A model generated the notes under the pieces. That model ran no database searches, was not told the origin of the DNA, and was given only the letters and a program-made list of their open reading frames with translations. From contig CM119264.1 of the NCBI GenBank assembly GCA_051294375.1, positions 14,221,515 to 14,285,514 of the forward strand: a stretch of DNA of 64,000 nucleotides, in the 5' to 3' direction. A program made the translations under genes and the position numbers. Numbering within the stretch: the first letter of the stretch is position 1; each line of letters starts with the position of its first letter. Source of the stretch: Paraspadella gotoi (Eukaryota; Animalia; Chaetognatha). Of the stretch, positions 1 through 13,226 are shown piece after piece.

Positions 1-993
1 GAAAGAAAACAACTCGAAACGAAGGAATGGAAAGGAAATTTAAAAGACTGAAAACGTCGGAAACCGAAAAAATGATTCAGAGTCGAAGTTTTTAGAGAGT
101 CTAACCACGCCCCCCTTCCCCTCGCCCCCCTTCCCCTCGCCCTCTTTCGAACCGCCGTAAATGTTTTTTATAAATGATCAGAGGCTGAGGAAAAGGAAAG
201 GAGATGTGAGAGAGGATTTCGGCATAGGGGTAAAGAGGGTTGGGGAGATTGGGGGGAAACAATTTAGAGGGAGTGCGGGAGGGAAGGAAAGGGCTGTGGT
301 TCGTTGTAGACTGTCTTGGAAAAAAAACCAAGACTTTAATAGTTGAGTAGTAGTTTTAAATTAGTACATTATCAATCAATCTTTTGTTCGGCTCGTCGAA
401 GATTTTCGAGAGGCGCGGATGTTTGTTTGCGGTAGAGTTTCACTGGATAAAATATAAAGCCCAAGGGTGCATTTCGGCATACGAACACATTGGGCGGCGC
501 GGGGTGGCGCAGTTTGGCGCGGTGTGGCATGGGTGTGGCGAGGTGGCCCCCTCATTCTCCGAACAATGGTCCATTTCCTCTTTCGTCGGCGGCGGCTCTG
601 GGAATTGATGGGGTAAACGGACAAGGCGACGCATGAGGCAGTTTGCGCGAGAGGCAGGTGATAATGTTCGATAATAACCTCGTCTCTGTGGACGCATATA
701 AATATGGAATAATTCCTAGTGCGCATATAAATAATATACAATCATAGCCCGTGCTCTCTTTATAAATATTAGAGAATTTTGTTCCGCTTATTATCAATGC
801 GAAATGTGTCTGTACTGTTTTTCAGTTGGTTTGCTTCTGTGATCCGTTATTGATTATCATTTGCAGGTGGCCTCTCCGAGAGAAATTTTTTCGCAATTTG
901 CGAATAAATTTCAGTGCATTTTTAAACTTTCATATAGGTCGTTAACTTTAAATCGGTCTATTCTGTACAGGGTTGTGGAGCTGGCCATTTTTT

Positions 994-1157
994 TCTCCAG
1001 CTCCAGCTCCAACTCCAGCTCGGCCAAAAATTTTTTCAGCTCCAGCTCCAACTCCGGCTCCATCCTAAAATTTATTTTCCAGCTCCGACTCCAGCTCCAG
1101 CTCCACTAAAAATTTTGAGACAGCTCCAGCTCCCGCTCCGGCTCCCAGCTCCGACCC
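994..1157 (+). repeat. Left subterminal (CTCCAG)n hexamer cluster of the hAT element
   Basis: Repeated ctccag/ctccgg/ctccga blocks separated by short AT spacers; source of the spurious poly-Ser and LQLQL ORFs. Confidence 0.85.
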
Positions 1158-4100
1158 TTTAAAGTTTAATGATTAATGTTGCTTATATTTAAATTAGACC
1201 TAATTTTATTAATTTACTTATTTATAACTTATTTATTTGCTTATATTTAAATAAATAATAATTTAATTAATTCATGTATGAAATCATTTGATAATTCATT
1301 TATTAATAATAATTATGTCTTTTTTAATATTTTTCGTATGAGAACACGATTTGTTACTTAAATGTAGACAAGGAGTATAAGAGAGTATACGAGAGTAAGA
1401 GATAAACATTTACTCCCCACATAATTAATAGTTTTATTTACTTTATTTACTTTTATATAAAATAACATTTATCTAAAATTTTACTTTTACATTTTAAAAT
1501 ATTTTGATTATTTATCAGGATTTTACAATCTAGTTTAAGGCTCAGTATTTCATGAGTTATGCTGCATTGAATTCTGTGTCATGTGATCACCTTTTAAGGT
1601 GATCATGAAAAGTAGGATACTTATGCACGCTTAAGGTCTTTACCTTAACTTACCTTACCAACTGACCCACCGACCCGACATAAAAGGCGGCTACAGTTAG
1701 AGGAAGGGTAAGGTCTCACTCCCAATGCCAAGGAACCAAGGACAAACTTTAGCCCGCCTTGTCTTAAGGCAAGAAGAGGGCAGCCGGCAGACATATCAGG
1801 TCAGATGAAGTACCCCAAGGCATTTTTCCAAAGAGGATCTTTGCCCGACCCTAATATGACGAGGTCCATAAAGTCTGGGAACTCAAGAATCCAAATGACC
1901 TATGACATGCCAATGACCCAGTCACATCGTCACTGCTTTCCTTTGTCCAGAAGCGGGGGGCCAGCTCTTTCTTCTCTTATTTTTTTACTAACTCTCCTCT
2001 CTTTAATGTAGTTTATTGTTACTTTTACAATTTATTATTTAAAATGATAATGTTTGCAAACTTAAATTGTTAATATATATTAACTTATCTCAACAATCTT
2101 TCTTTCAATATCCCTCACTTTTTAGTCTTTAAACCTCCCACTGTCTTTTTCTTATTTTTTTTTTGGAAACCTCGATCTCTCTCCCTCTTTCACGTTTCAC
2201 ACACCGCAAACCTTTTTACTTTGTCAAAAAATTTTCACAAATGATTTATTTAATTTTTTGCGCTAATGAAGACTACATCTAAAGTTTAAAAACTTTCCTT
2301 TTTCTCCTTTTTAAAATAAAATTGTTGCATAAACAAAACAAGATCGGTCCATCCAATGTTTTGCGCCGCAGTGACTTTCTTTTCATGTGTATTTTCATGT
2401 GATCACATGATTTAGAAAATTATTTAAAAAAAAGTTTTAATGGTTGATCACTACTGTGCAAAGTTTTCATTACAAACAACCAGACATTACAAGAAATATA
2501 CTGAGTTCGGGGTTCCAGCCTACACTATATGACAGTATGTGTCAACTGACTACACAAGTATGAAACAACATGCACAAGAAGCATTTAGTAATGACTTGCC
2601 AGTCTGCAGTATTACCCTAAAATAACTTTCTTAGCCTGTGTATTTATGGCATGCAATATATTTATAAGTATTGTCTTTATAAAATAAGAAATTTTCAAAA
2701 TAAATTTTCTTTTAATTTTTTATTAATGTTTCAGAGTTTTTTGTAAAAAATTAGACCAAAAATAATAAACGTTATCATAAATTTTTTTTGTATTCAGTGT
2801 CAAAACTTTTTAACTCTCTGAAGTAGTAACTAGTAACTACAGTGTGTCCCAATGGTACTGTCGGTTAACTTTTACATATTGTGCGGAACTTTGTTATTCA
2901 ATTTTATTTCTGAGATTAACAATGTCAAAGATAAGTTCTTACCATTATATATACTATATTTCGAATTAAAATTTTTATGAAATTTTCTTTGAAGAACATT
3001 CAATTTAAATGAGTAATCATTTCTCACTTTTTTAATTTTTTAGCTAACTTTTTTTACTTTAAATAAATTTTATTAAAAAAAATTATGTAAAAAATATTTT
3101 GAATAGATATAAATTATTTAAATTTTAATTTGTATAAAATAAGTTGCATTAATAAAAAGAAATAAACAAATATTAAAAACAATATAAAAATTTATCAAAA
3201 TATTCTAATTAATTTGATAAATTTTTTTATTTGAAGTTGTGAACGATTGAATCATAAAGCAGAACAAAATGATTGCTATTTATTCAATAAATTATTAATA
3301 AATCATTAAAAAAGTAATATGAACAAGGTAAGTAAATAATTTTAAAAATTAATGATTATTGCATTAAAAGCTCTGGAGCTAAAAATTATAAAGTTGTTTT
3401 TTACTGTCCTGCATCTAAAGAAAGATTTAAAACATTATTTAATCAATATATAAAAAATATTTTTGATAAATAATAAAAAATATATAAAATTTGGGGTATT
3501 CCTATAAAATGGTCCATAATAAGCCAATGGATTTGCTCACGCACTTTTGGCATACAGCTGGTTGCCTGTGATACCCATTGGGATGGGGCATTCTCAGCTG
3601 TTGCTTTGGGGGCTTCCGACCCTCAGTGACGCCTCCAGGTCACTGGTGCGGTTACCCAAGGACGGTCTCGCTTTGCCAACGCAGAGGGAAGTCGTTAGTA
3701 CTGGTGATTGGAACTCTACGCCTGGGATGGCTGAACGATGATGGACGTGAGGCGATGGAATATACCGCCACAATACAACATATTTTATAAAAGTTTTTTT
3801 TAAAATTTTTTCTGACAAATCCGAAATTTTTAAAAAAATCAATTTTAAATTTTATGAAATTTATAAGGATATTACTATAAAAGAAAATACAATTTGATAT
3901 ACTGTTATGCTAAAGATTTTTTTAAAAAATGCATGATTTTTTAAATTACATAAAAAAAAGCAACAAAAATATTGTTAAACATCGCTTAATCTTTTCATCA
4001 CTCCACACTACTATACATGATCCAAAAACATTAAGTTTCACTGTGACACTATAAAATAATCAGTTTCTAGCAGCATATAAAATGACGTAATGACATTAAC

Positions 4101-5099
4101 GATGTCCGTGACCTTATAAAATATTTCAAAGACATACAGCACAGAGAATGACGGTATAATGATATTGACACTATAAATTAATAAAAATTATCGCAATAAT
4201 GATGACCGTGACCCATAAAAAATGTTATTGCTATGCTATACTATAATGATATATAGCACAAAAAAGAGTTATTGACTTGATGTTGACCGTGATTGCAACA
4301 AAAATAAACCAAACCAAACATAATAAGTACTGAAAAAGACATACTAACATACTAACATAAAATGACATATGAATCTAAAGGACAAATGATTAAAAAATGA
4401 TAAGTATGACTTTGGTAAATTGACTAAACGTAAAAAAGACGTAAAAACCAATCACCAATGACCAATAACCATGACATAAATTTGACGTAAAGTTTAATAA
4501 ACTGAAAGTGTCTTGAATTTAAAGTAAACTAAAAGTGAAGCGAATATATTATAAATAAACTAAAAGGTGTAATAAATAAGTGGCATAAATAAGTAATATA
4601 ATTTAGATAAATAACCTAAAATTATGCACTTGTCTTTAAAATACGTTAATGTTAAATGTATAGGTTAGAGTTATAAGGTGTAAGGTTAGGATTAGTGCCT
4701 AAGTTATATAATAAATAATAATAAACGAAAGTAATAACAATTTTGAAAATAATGTTATGTTACACTTAAAGACTTTTCTTATTTAAGTTTACGAATTTGT
4801 TAACTAAGCTTATATTTGTCACCAAATTTAAATCTACATTATTATTTTACGTATACTTATTTAATATAATTGTAAATGTGTCACTATGAAGCAATTAAAA
4901 GGCTTAATTTTAAAGGAAAAAATATTTTTACCAAGTCACGGCTTAACATTTAGATTATGCAAATTATAATTTGGATTTGATTTCAAAATCTATAACTGAA
5001 CAACAAGAGACAACGTTTTAATAATAAGCTTTTTTTCTTCTGAAAAAATTAAAATATTATTTTTCATTTTTATAAATTTTATTATTTCCAAAAATTTTC

Positions 5100-5283
5100 T
5101 TGGAGCTGGAGTTGGACCTTTTTTTTGCCCGCTCCGACTCCAGCTCCAGCTCCGGCCAAGATAAAATCTCAGCTCCAGCTCCAGCTCCCGCCTCCGGTAA
5201 GAAAATAAATTCAGCTCCAGCTCCAGCTCCAGCTCCGGCCAAATATGCCAGCTCCGGCAGCTCCGACTCCAGCTCCAGCTCCA
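5100..5283 (+). repeat. Right subterminal (CTCCAG)n hexamer cluster of the hAT element
   Basis: Same hexamer family as 994-1157; explains the WSWSW/ELELE/GAGAG ORFs. Confidence 0.85.
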
Positions 5284-5994
5284 CATCCTGATTCTGTACA
5301 AACAAAAAAGTATTAAATCAAACAATTATTTTACTGTAAAAATGGCTGCCCCAAAGATTTTTTCATCTTTATTTTCTTCGTTTTAATGTGTCAACGCCAG
5401 TATCGTCATCGAGCGGAGAGAGATCACCTTTTAAACACACACACTCTCTCTCTCACTCTCTCACTCTCTCCACTCTCTCACTCTCCTCACTCTCTCACTC
5501 TCTCTTCTTACTTCGGTCAAACTCATTAACGATGTTTGATTAGAGCTTAGATGATTATTTCTTTGGTTGATTTCTCTAAATTCTTTTCAATGTTCAAATT
5601 ATTTAAATATATGATCTCATTCTGGTTTTAAATATTTCTATTTATTTTATATTTATATTTATATATTTCCATTTTATTACGTGTCAGCTAAAATTAGATT
5701 TGATAGGTACATTCAAAAATAATGTACGTACTTTCTCTTCGGACGGAGATTTGTTTTTATTTGATTAATATCCGTGTAAAAGCTGAACTCCAAAGTGAAG
5801 CCAAGAATCTTGGCAAGATTCAGAAAACTGAATCGAATAATACTTCGATGCAATGGCTTTTGTTTATGAATCGTGTTCAATAAAAATCTCCAGATCGTCG
5901 TTGGCCTCTGGCTAGATTTGCTTGCGAGATTTGCTTCGCTTGTATTCACGCTTTTTTTTAACTCATTGGTAGAAAGGAGGTGAGTTTTCAAAGC

Positions 5995-6004
5995 AGAGAG
6001 AGCA

Positions 6005-6092
<88 letters not shown>
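5995..6092. repeat. (GA)n microsatellite
   Basis: Near-perfect GA run seen directly. Confidence 0.95.
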
Positions 6093-6096
<4 letters not shown>

Positions 6097-6573
6097 ACTA
6101 AAAAGTCTACGCAAGAAAAACAAAAAGGTAAGAAATAAAAAATGAAAAAGTGAAAAGGTGAACTGGCGAAGCAGACGAAAAGATTTTGATAAAAATATGT
6201 CGACTCAAAAAATTTCGAGGACAGAGAAGAAGAAGAAAAATAAGAGAGGGAGTTAGAAGCGAGAGACATGATAAAAGAATCTAGTCGGCCTTTCCAGAAT
6301 GCCAAAAGGAAAGATAAGTTTAATATTATCTCGAGTCTATCGTTGTAAGAAGAATTAATGTCCTTTATAGTAAGAGGAATTATTGTCATTACCTTTTGGT
6401 ATAACGATGATGTCGAGAGATATACGTAAAATAAGGCGAACTGTACATAGATGATGAGAAATAACTTCAATTCATTTCCATCTCGACACTAAAACACAAG
6501 AACGTCTCAGACTTTATCTTTCACAACTCCATTTTCGAGGTAAAGAATCTCACAAACTCGCATCGAGAATCCG

Positions 6574-6767
6574 GTGAACTCTCTCGCTCGTAAAGGGCGG
6601 ATCCCGTGAACTCTCAGAGTGAAGCCGTGACGTCAGCGAAGGGAAAAAATATTCACAATAAAAGACTCGAAACGGTGAATCGGAATTCCCGTGATTGGCA
6701 CATTCGCTCGACGGGAAGAAGGCAGGAAAGAGGGCAAGCGAGTCCGAATCGGGGTTATCCGCCCAAT
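6574..6767. promoter_or_regulatory. Possible Pol II promoter/enhancer motif cluster
   Basis: Within ~200 bp: GGGCGG (6595-6600), TGACGTCA (6628-6635), GGAATTCCC (6682-6690), ATTGG (6694-6698), CCGCCC overlapping CCAAT (6759-6767), and GTGAACTCTC twice. Motif matches only; no linked gene identified. Confidence 0.25.
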
Positions 6768-7199
6768 CTGGCAGAGGGCAGAGGAGAAAATGAAGAGGAG
6801 AGAGCCGATAAGGAGGCCGGCAACTGACTTAAAAAACCGGGAAACTGACAAAATAAAAAGGTGGCAACTGACGTACGTGGATCCGGCGACTGAGAGAAAA
6901 GACCATCGCTTTAAAAAAACACAAGCCGACTGATAAATGAAATGGAATAAATAGCTGGTACTTAAAAAAAACTTAACCCTTTGAGTGTTAATAGTTTGTC
7001 ATTATTTTCAGTCATAGTCTGAATTAGAAGGCATAAGTGAAATTAGGTTCCGCTTCGAGGTATATAGCGAAGGGGAATTGATGGAGGAAAGGCCGACGAA
7101 TACGCAGGTCAAGAATCTTTTTCCCTTCGAGCGGAAAATCAGTGAATTAGAGGAAGAGAAGAAGGAAGAGAGAAAGAAAGAGAAAAAGATATCACGAGG

Positions 7200-7678
7200 G
7201 CCGAAAGGAAAAAAGGATCAGGGTGAGGTCAAACAACTTACTCCAGTCCCGTTCCCGTCAAGTTATAGAAAATAGAACAGGCGGTTTTAACAGCGAGAAT
7301 GAGAATGAAAAGATTCTGGATCTATTAGAGTAAAGGCGAGTACGTTTACTTATATTAGCAACAACAACAACAAAACAAAATCGGGAACTGGAGATAACTG
7401 TAAAAAAATTAAGAAGGCGGATTCTAAAAAATTGTCAGTTTTGAATTTGAAAACGTTAAAAACTTCGCTTTTTCGCTTTTCAGATTTTTATTTCATTTTT
7501 ATATTTGTTTTTTTCGATTTGAATTTTTGGCGGCAAAAGCTTCGTTCATGACGCGATGAGTCGCAGAAGGAAACAAAAGGAAAACAATGAAGGAAGAGCA
7601 GATAAAAGGAAGGAAATAGGAGAATTTAAGGTAAATATGAAAAGAGAGATAATAATAAAGAAAGAAAGGAGAGAGAGC

Positions 7679-7763
<85 letters not shown>

Positions 7764-8799
7764 TGCAAAAACCTGGTCCATCTATCCGAAATCTGGTCGC
7801 AAACTCAAACCTAAAGGAGAAACAAAAGCAGAGAAATCAAAGCGGAATCGCAAAGAGGAGATGGAAGAAGAAAAGTGGGGGTTAAGAAGAAGAAAGATTG
7901 GAGTGTTTGAGTTGAGATAGGTAACGGGGAGTAAATAGAGAGGTCGGCGGGAAACAAGGGATGAAGAAAAGGGCAAGAAAGAAAGAATGTTGATGAAGAT
8001 ATTCGTGTGTTAAAGAGAAAAAGATTTGAAACGAGTGTGAAGGTGTTTTCTCCTTACACGCCGCCGCGGAGTCGCGCGTTCTAAGACGTTGGCCCGTTCC
8101 TTGTAGAGTGAGAAGGATCTTTTTCGGACATGAATCCTTGAATCTTTGCTCAATATCGAGTCGAATTCTGATGAATATTAAGTTATTAAAAGTCCCTTGA
8201 AAGTCTAATCAGAACGGATACACGATTTTAATTGAGTCCAACGTAAAACTAAAAACGTTGTTTCTCTCTTTGTGTAAAATTTTGAGGTGACCGAACAAAG
8301 ATATCGACGCGACAGGTCAAATAACGACTCAGAAGAGACCAAAAACGGAACGAGAGCGAGAGAGAGAAAAAGAGGTTAAAATGTAGAGGCGTGGCATAAA
8401 TATTTCACAACGGGGAAAACAGTCCAAATGAGTTTTGAGAATTGGCATCAAGAATTGGAAATTAAAAAAAAATCGGAAAAAAATCAATGAGATTAGATAA
8501 GAGTCATTCCTCACCGAATGTGCGGCGGGAAAGGTAGGGAGAGGGGAGATTCAATTTCCCTTTTAGGATGAAAAAATCGGGAGGGAAGGTCGTAGACGAG
8601 AAGGACGTCGACGGTGGCGGGGGCGGCGGGCGGGGCGGCGGGCCCGGCGGGTCTCGATCGTAAAAAATAATTCCTTTCTCTTGATTTTATTTAAAAAAGA
8701 AAAAAAAAATAATCCCATAAAAGGTGCGGTAATAATCGATTTGGGACACCGGAGAGGGACGGCAACAAAGATTGAGAGGTGAGAGAGAGAGAGGAAGAG

Positions 8800-8840
<41 letters not shown>

Positions 8841-11800
8841 AGAGGGTGGTAAAAGGTAAAAAAAAAACATGGATTGAGATTGAGAGGGAGAGAGAGCAAA
8901 GGAAGGAGAGGAGTAGAGAGGAGAGAAGAGAGAGAGGAGAGAGAGAGGAGAGAGAGAGAGAGAGAGAATGGAAAGGGTGTCAAAAGAAAGAAAACATGGG
9001 ATATGAGTTGGAGGGGAACGCATGAAGAAAAGAAGAGTCGAAGAGAGAGAGAGAGGAGAGAAAAAGAAATGAAAATCAAAAAACTGCTTGGAGGCATTAA
9101 GATGAAAGAAAGAGTTGAGGAAGAAGGTCAACGGTAGGGAAAAGAAAAAAAAAAGAAAGAAAAAGGAAAGAAATAAAAAAAAATAAAGAGAAACAGAAAA
9201 GAAAAGAAAAAGAAAAGAAAGAGAACAGAAAAGAAAAGGAAAAAGAAATAAAAAGAGAGTAGAAAAAAAAAGAGAAAAAAAGCGGAGAAGCGATAAAAGT
9301 GAATTACAAAGCCGAGCGGAAGGCCGAAAGCAAAGACGAAGAAATTAAGAAACACGGAGGCGGCGGGGGGGGGGGGGGGGGGGGAGAAGGCGGGCGGACG
9401 GACGCGGAAGTCGGAAGTTTTGACGCACTGACGCAACGAGGTGGCGGAAAAAAAAATAGAGAAAAAGTTTGCGATATTGAAAAATAAATGTTACAATTAA
9501 AAGAGAACATTAGAGTATGAACCGGAATTTGAAGGAACATATCGAGGATACAATTTTGTTGGTGCCATTTCGATTTTATTTTAAACAAAGATTTCGATAG
9601 AAACTATTTTTGTTCCTCAATTGTTTTTCGCTTTGTTTGAAACAATAACAAAAAAAAAAAAAAAAAAAAAAAAACAGACAAAAACCCCGAGGCCCATGCG
9701 CTGAGTCTTCGAATCGGCGTTAGACTCCTAACAAATGTCGCGCGACTTGGAAATTGGCGACGGAAGACCTTCGGAAGAGCAATTCGGTGGAGGAGAAATC
9801 TCGTCTCTGAAGGCGAGGGGGGGACTCGGGGGGGGGGGGCTATGGTGAAGAAGGAGAGGGGGATGTCTCATCGAGCAAAACAAAAACTCGAGTGTGGTCG
9901 AGGGATGAAGAGGAAAAATAACTTAGGTGGGCGGAGTTCAGAATAAGAATAAAAGACTTGTGTATGTCTGAATTCTGTTTTTCTTCGTTTGATCTGGTTG
10001 AGTTTGAATTGTTTAGAAATGAACCGAAAAAAAAAAGGTGAATACAAAATAAACTATTGTAATATATTGTTAATGGAGATCTGAACTAGATTATTATTTC
10101 ATATCCTTTTTATTATTTATTATTCCTCTTAATTCTTGTATTTTTAATTTTCTATATTTCTCTGTTCGATTGCAGGTTTGTTTTCACTCTTTATCTCACA
10201 GTTTACCTGCCAACGGATCAATCTATCAGTGTGTTTACTCTCTCTTTCTCNNNNNNNNNNNNNNNNNNNNNNNNNNNNNNNNNNNNNNNNNNNNNNNNNN
10301 NNNNNNNNNNNNNNNNNNNNNNNNNNNNNNNNNNNNNNNNNNNNNNNNNNNNNNNNNNNNNNNNNNNNNNNNNNNNNNNNNNNNNNNNNNNNNNNNNNNN
10401 NNNNNNNNNNNNNNNNNNNNNNNNNNNNNNNNNNNNNNCTCTCTCTCTCTCTCCTTCTATCACTCGATTTAGTTCCAAGATTTGTTTTCAATCGGAGAAA
10501 AGGTTCCATTAAAGGAAGTTTACTCGACGCGCGTTTCCCTTTTGTTTTTCTTCAAAAAAGTTAGAAAATGTTCTTCTTTCCCCTGAAAAAAAAATATTCT
10601 CTCATGTTTCAATAGTGGCAATGTTTATAGCATGTTTATACTATAAAATTATTTTTAACTTCTATTTGCCCGATTCCACCGTAAAAGTGGCAATCCCTAC
10701 TAAATGCTTTCTTTTTTAAAAGTAACATCGCAAGCCAGTATTAATGACAAGGGCCACAAGCATTACAGACGTAATGTAAATTTCTCTCAATGAGCTACTT
10801 ACGCCGATAATAACGAGAAATAACCAAGTTGAATCTGTTAAAATCTGCTCGAGGCCAAGTTAAAGGCCCTTGTGCCAAGAGAGAGCGACGAGGACGAAAT
10901 GGCTAAAGTCGGTCAGACAAATCAGAACATTGTCGGCCAGACAAATTCTCCTGTGAAACGAACCGCGATTCTGAATTCGTGACGACGTTCAACGTGAAAC
11001 CATTTCGATACGGAGAGNNNNNNNNNNNNNNNNNNNNNNNNNNNNNNNNNNNNNNNNNNNNNNNNNNNNNNNNNNNNNNNNNNNNNNNNNNNNNNNNNNN
11101 NNNNNNNNNNNNNNNNNNNNNNNNNNNNNNNNNNNNNNNNNNNNNNNNNNNNNNNNNNNNNNNNNNNNNNNNNNNNNNNNNNNNNNNNNNNNNNNNNNNN
11201 NNNNNNNNNNNNNNNNNNNNNNNNNNNNNNNNNNNNNNNNNNNNNNNNNNNNNNNNNNNNNNNNNNNNNNNNNNNNNNNNNNNNNNNNNNNNNNNNNNNN
11301 NNNNNNNNNNNNNNNNNNNNNNNNNNNNNNNNNNNNNNNNNNNNNNNNNNNNNNNNNNNNNNNNNNNNNNNNNNNNNNNNNNNNNNNNNNNNNNNNNNNN
11401 NNNNNNNNNNNNNNNNNNGACGACGACGATTTTGAAGACGACAGGGCTACGAACTATGAAACGAGCTACGAAAGAATTAAAGAAGAAGACGCATAAAATG
11501 ACAATGACGAGGAATAAAACGACATTCACTTTCCTTCTTTTGGGTATTTAAAAAAAAAAAAAAAAACTCCTGTTGATCTTTTTCTAATGCCTATTCAACG
11601 AATTCGAAACGTTTCTATCTGTACATTGCGGCGCACTTGTTAGCTTTAAATATCCCAACTATTTCTTTTTAAATTTTTGATAAAAAGTGATTTTTGGAGG
11701 TTAAGTTAATGTACTTCTTTTTCTGACTGATGATAAAAGATTGTTTTTCTATATAATTTCTTTACTTATTTTAATTCTATTTAGGTCAAAAAGATATTCT

Positions 11801-13187
11801 ATGCTGAATCAGCGAATTTCATATTATAAATATTTTATAATAGGGAAAAGTTATTGACTCTTGTTGACTAAAAAATAAAAAACTAATTTCTTTTTTTGGG
11901 ACCAATTAATTTTGACGTCCTATAACTTTTGCTCGATTTTATTGGGATTGCGACCAATTGCTTCATCTTTCAATAAGCTTTGTTTTGTGCTTCTATGTCT
12001 TTGTAGAATTCAGTCATCCAATACGGTTTTTTCGATGTAAAAAGTATAAGTGGTTACTTTTTTTTGCGTCGCAGTGTAGTTTGCAGTGTAGTTTNNNNNN
12101 NNNNNNNNNNNNNNNNNNNNNNNNNNNNNNNNNNNNNNNNNNNNNNNNNNNNNNNNNNNNNNNNNNNNNNNNNNNNNNNNNNNNNNNNNNNNNNNNNNNN
12201 NNNNNNNNNNNNNNNNNNNNNNNNNNNNNNNNNNNNNNNNNNNNNAGATGAGTAAAGAATGACATGAAGATAGAGATTTGAATAGACAGACTGATCGACA
12301 GACGGACAGACCGACAGACGGACAGACCGACAGACCGACGCCATCTGCGGTCGAAGAACCCAAGTGTGAATCTTCCGATAAACGCATCGCTAGAATTCTC
12401 TTCCTTAATCTCGCCAAGATTCCGGTTCTTTGCTTTTCGGTCGGTNNNNNNNNNNNNNNNNNNNNNNNNNNNNNNNNNNNNNNNNNNNNNNNNNNNNNNN
12501 NNNNNNNNNNNNNNNNNNNNNNNNNNNNNNNNNNNNNNNNNNNNNNNNNNNNNNNNNNNNNNNNNNNNNNNNNNNNNNNNNNNNNNNNNNNNNNNNNNNN
12601 NNNNNNNNNNNNNNNNNNNNNNNNNNNNNNNNNNNNNNNNNNNNNNNNNNNNNNNNNNNNNNNNNNNNNNNNNCGGTCGGTCATAGGGAGGGAGGTTTGA
12701 GGGATGGTCGAAGGTCAAACGATTGAATTCATCATCCGTTCATTCATGATTGTATGATTCGACCTCAGAATTGCTCACTCCATCAACATTTCATCTTTAA
12801 TCGTCTTGAGAGAATCACCGGTGCATCCCGGCATCCGTCTTCATTCTCCGACCGATCACAGAATTATTCCTCGCCGATTGCGATCGGCAATAAAAACGAC
12901 CATCATCTACTCGCCCAATCAGCTGCTTCGACCTCCAACGCCCCCCTATCGGCCAACTCGAAGACCCGTCGCTCCTCCTCACAAAGAAGGGAAACAGAAT
13001 CTCCCGTCACCCGAGATTCCGTCTCGACATCGGCCTTCATCCTTGGGAGAAAAAAACCCTCACCCATTCAGTCTCGAATCACCCGATATCTTTTTTCTCC
13101 CGATTTTACGACTTACCCGATTCGCCCATTTTCCCATCGAAGACGGACGAAGCGGGGCTTTCGCTTGGCTCCTTCGAGGGGTTCCTT

Positions 13188-13226
<39 letters not shown>

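Larger units (their letters stand above)
968..5290. mobile_element. Non-autonomous hAT-superfamily DNA transposon (~4.3 kb), no intact transposase
   Basis: Seen: identical 8-mer ATTCTGTA at 960-967 and 5291-5298; termini CAGGGTTGTGGAGCTGG (968-984) and CCAGCTCCACATCCTG (5275-5290) are imperfect inverted repeats; both ends carry clusters of CTCCAG/CTCCGG/CTCCGA hexamers. Established: 8-bp TSD, short CAG-starting TIRs and subterminal repeat clusters are hAT hallmarks. Interior is AT-rich with no long ORF. Confidence 0.85.

Noticed and set aside
440-697. 85-aa minus-strand ORF in a GC-rich patch
   Set aside because: No recognisable domain or clear splice context; several overlapping frames are equally open.
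6973-6982. TTAACCCTTT, a piggyBac-like left end
   Set aside because: I found no matching AAAGGGTTAA right end and no transposase in the window.
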